NCBI GenBank assembly: GCA_964420075.1
Contig: CAYQRE010000010.1
Location: forward strand, 77,885-141,884
Direction: 5' to 3'
DNA: 64,000 bases
Origin: an uncultured Thermoanaerobaculia bacterium
GTDB taxonomy: Bacteria; Acidobacteriota; Thermoanaerobaculia; Multivoradales; SZUA-115
Shown here in pieces: positions 62,269-64,000 of this stretch. Position 1 is the first letter of the stretch; each line of letters opens with the position of its first letter. The position numbers were made by a program, and so were the translations under genes. A model generated the notes under the pieces. That model saw only the letters and a list, made by a program, of their open reading frames with translations, had not been told where the DNA came from and did no database searches.

Positions 62269-63471
62269 TTGGGCGTCGCGGTCAAATCAGAGCAGAACGG
62301 ACGGCTGCGTGGCCACCACCTCGCCAGGGCCCGGGTACGGCTCTTGGCGGGCCTCGGCGAAGCCCTGTTGGCGGCGGCCGGCCTACGGCCGCCCCCCGAG
62401 CTTCCCGCACCCAGCCCCTCCACCGCCCGGGCCAGCACCTGGCGAGAGTTCGCGACCGGCCTCGCAGGGCCGCCGGCGCGCGGCTCGTCGTCGGGCCTAC
62501 GCATCACGCTGCGGGCGATCCGTGGCGATCTCGCGCGCAAGCAAGCCGACCAGTTTCCCGGGCTCGCCGGCCGCGGTGAGCTGCCGCCGGGCTTCACCCA
62601 CCTCGAGGCTGCTGCCGCGCCTGGGCGCGCTCCCCTCTACGCCCACTACAATCCACCCGCAACCGGACAACCGATCGTCATCCTGCTGCATGGGATGTTC
62701 GACTCGAAGCTGACCGGCTACCTGCGCCGCGTGGCGACGGCCATGGCCGCGAACGGCCTCGGCGTCATGGCGCCGGACCTCCGGTGGCATGGACAGCTGT
62801 TCTCGTCCACCTGGCCTCCTGGGCTGGGGAGTGAGGAGGCCGGCGACCTCGCCGCCTGGGCGGCCGAGCTCCGCCGCCGGCACCCCGCGGCCCCTCTCGC
62901 CCTGGTCGGCTTCAGCATGGGCTGCATCACTCTGGTGCACGCCCTCGCCAGGCCGGACGCGGCGGAGCTCTTCACGGGTGGCGGCATCGCTTTCTCGCCA
63001 CCGGGCCGCCCGACCTCGACCCTGCCCCACCTCGCGACGACCCCGCTTCTCGCGCGCCCGCTCGGCCGGGGCGCCCTGCCGTGGGTCTTCCGCCTGGCCC
63101 TGCGCGAGAGGCTCGCGCGCTCGTTTCCCCAACTGCCCCGCCGGCACCCCTTCGACGCCCTCCTCGCTCACCTCGCCGCCGAGACGAACGGTCGTCGCAC
63201 ACCGGCCGAGCTCCTCGCCGCCGGAGACCACCTGGCGGCCCTGGCGCAGGTCCGACGCCCCCTGCTCCTGATCAGCGCCGAGGACGACCCGGTGTTCCCC
63301 GCGAGCACGCTCGGCGAGCTGGCGGCGGCTGCCGCCAGCAACGCCTGGGTCCGCCTGGTCCGCACGGCCGGCGGTGGGCACATCGGCCACGCTGTCATCG
63401 ACCCGCAGTGGACGATCGACACCTTGCTGGGATTTGTACAGGGAAGCTGTTCCGGGCTCGCCGGTTGGTGA
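62269..63471 (+). CDS. Alpha/beta-fold hydrolase (YheT-like)
   Basis: ILLHGM, LVGFSMG nucleophile elbow, ISAEDDPV, GGHIG; start uncertain. Confidence 0.8.
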   Translation: MGVAVKSEQNGRLRGHHLARARVRLLAGLGEALLAAAGLRPPPELPAPSPSTARASTWREFATGLAGPPARGSSSGLRITLRAIRGDLARKQADQFPGLAGRGELPPGFTHLEAAAAPGRAPLYAHYNPPATGQPIVILLHGMFDSKLTGYLRRVATAMAANGLGVMAPDLRWHGQLFSSTWPPGLGSEEAGDLAAWAAELRRRHPAAPLALVGFSMGCITLVHALARPDAAELFTGGGIAFSPPGRPTSTLPHLATTPLLARPLGRGALPWVFRLALRERLARSFPQLPRRHPFDALLAHLAAETNGRRTPAELLAAGDHLAALAQVRRPLLLISAEDDPVFPASTLGELAAAAASNAWVRLVRTAGGGHIGHAVIDPQWTIDTLLGFVQGSCSGLAGW

Positions 63472-63557
63472 TTGCGCGGGCCTCGCCGCCGTGGGTTCCG
63501 GCAGGGGCAGCAAGAAGGGGACTCCGGGAGAGGGGGACTAAGCGAAGAACGAGGGGA

Positions 63558-63647
<90 letters not shown>

Positions 63648-63747
63648 TAGGCACTGCATGTCCGCGAGACCGCAGACGTTCGCCCGGCACGGGGCCGACC
63701 CACAACGCCCAGCGCCGCCGACGAGCGACGGAGCAGAGCGCGAAGCG

Positions 63748-63837
<90 letters not shown>

Positions 63838-63847
63838 TGGCGATTCC

Positions 63848-64000
63848 TCAAAGATCCTGGCGGCGCAGCCGCGCGAAGAAGCGGCGCAGCACCGCACTGC
63901 ATTCCTCGGCGAGCACTCCCGCCGTGACCTCCAGGCGGTGGTTCAGGCGGCGATCTCGGACGAGATCGCCGAGAGTGCCGCAGAAGCCCGCCTTGGGGTC
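63848..64000 (-). CDS. tadA: tRNA adenosine(34) deaminase, 3' end only
   Basis: My translation: DPKAGFCGTLGDLVRDRRLNHRLEVTAGVLAEECSAVLRRFFARLRRQDL*. Confidence 0.82.
   Translation of the reverse strand, partial: DPKAGFCGTLGDLVRDRRLNHRLEVTAGVLAEECSAVLRRFFARLRRQDL

Overview
High-GC bacterial chromosome segment, most consistent with Acidobacteriota (inferred from gene content: ADOP-type ABC permease, bacillithiol genes, TAT/Sec-exported beta-propeller and carboxypeptidase-regulatory-like proteins). The left 24 kb is the start of a minus-strand lipopeptide biosynthetic gene cluster that runs off the left edge. It comprises FAAL-ACP-C-A(Ser)-PCP-SULFOTRANSFERASE-C-A(Gly)-PCP (14565-24107), then KS-AT-ACP-C-A-PCP-C-A-PCP-E-COM (3565-14553), an ABC permease, and the N-terminal DCL condensation domain of a further NRPS. 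The most striking element is a CurM/OLS-like sulfotransferase domain embedded in cis right after a serine module, together with two A domains whose specificity codes I cannot assign. Beside the cluster are an exported Asp-box protein plus TAT flavin amine oxidase pair, and an apparently leaderless 8-Cys secreted mini-protein coupled to a large carboxypeptidase-regulatory-like-domain protein. The middle is mostly housekeeping: ppiA, mobA, NCS1, pirin, HMG-CoA synthase, a FabF-like KS with a large insertion, a methyltransferase-bshC-bshB1-bshA operon (candidate N-methyl-bacillithiol), dus, tmRNA, mtnA, cystathionine lyase, comEA with a pilin, and two lepB. The right end is the origin-type cluster rpmH-rnpA-yidD-yidC-jag-(parS x2)-rsmG-parA-parB-bactofilin, lacking the usual dnaA and mnmE/mnmG neighbours, followed by two tRNA-Ser genes and the 3' end of tadA. 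All domain calls and A-domain codes were read by eye from motifs; no database searches were run.
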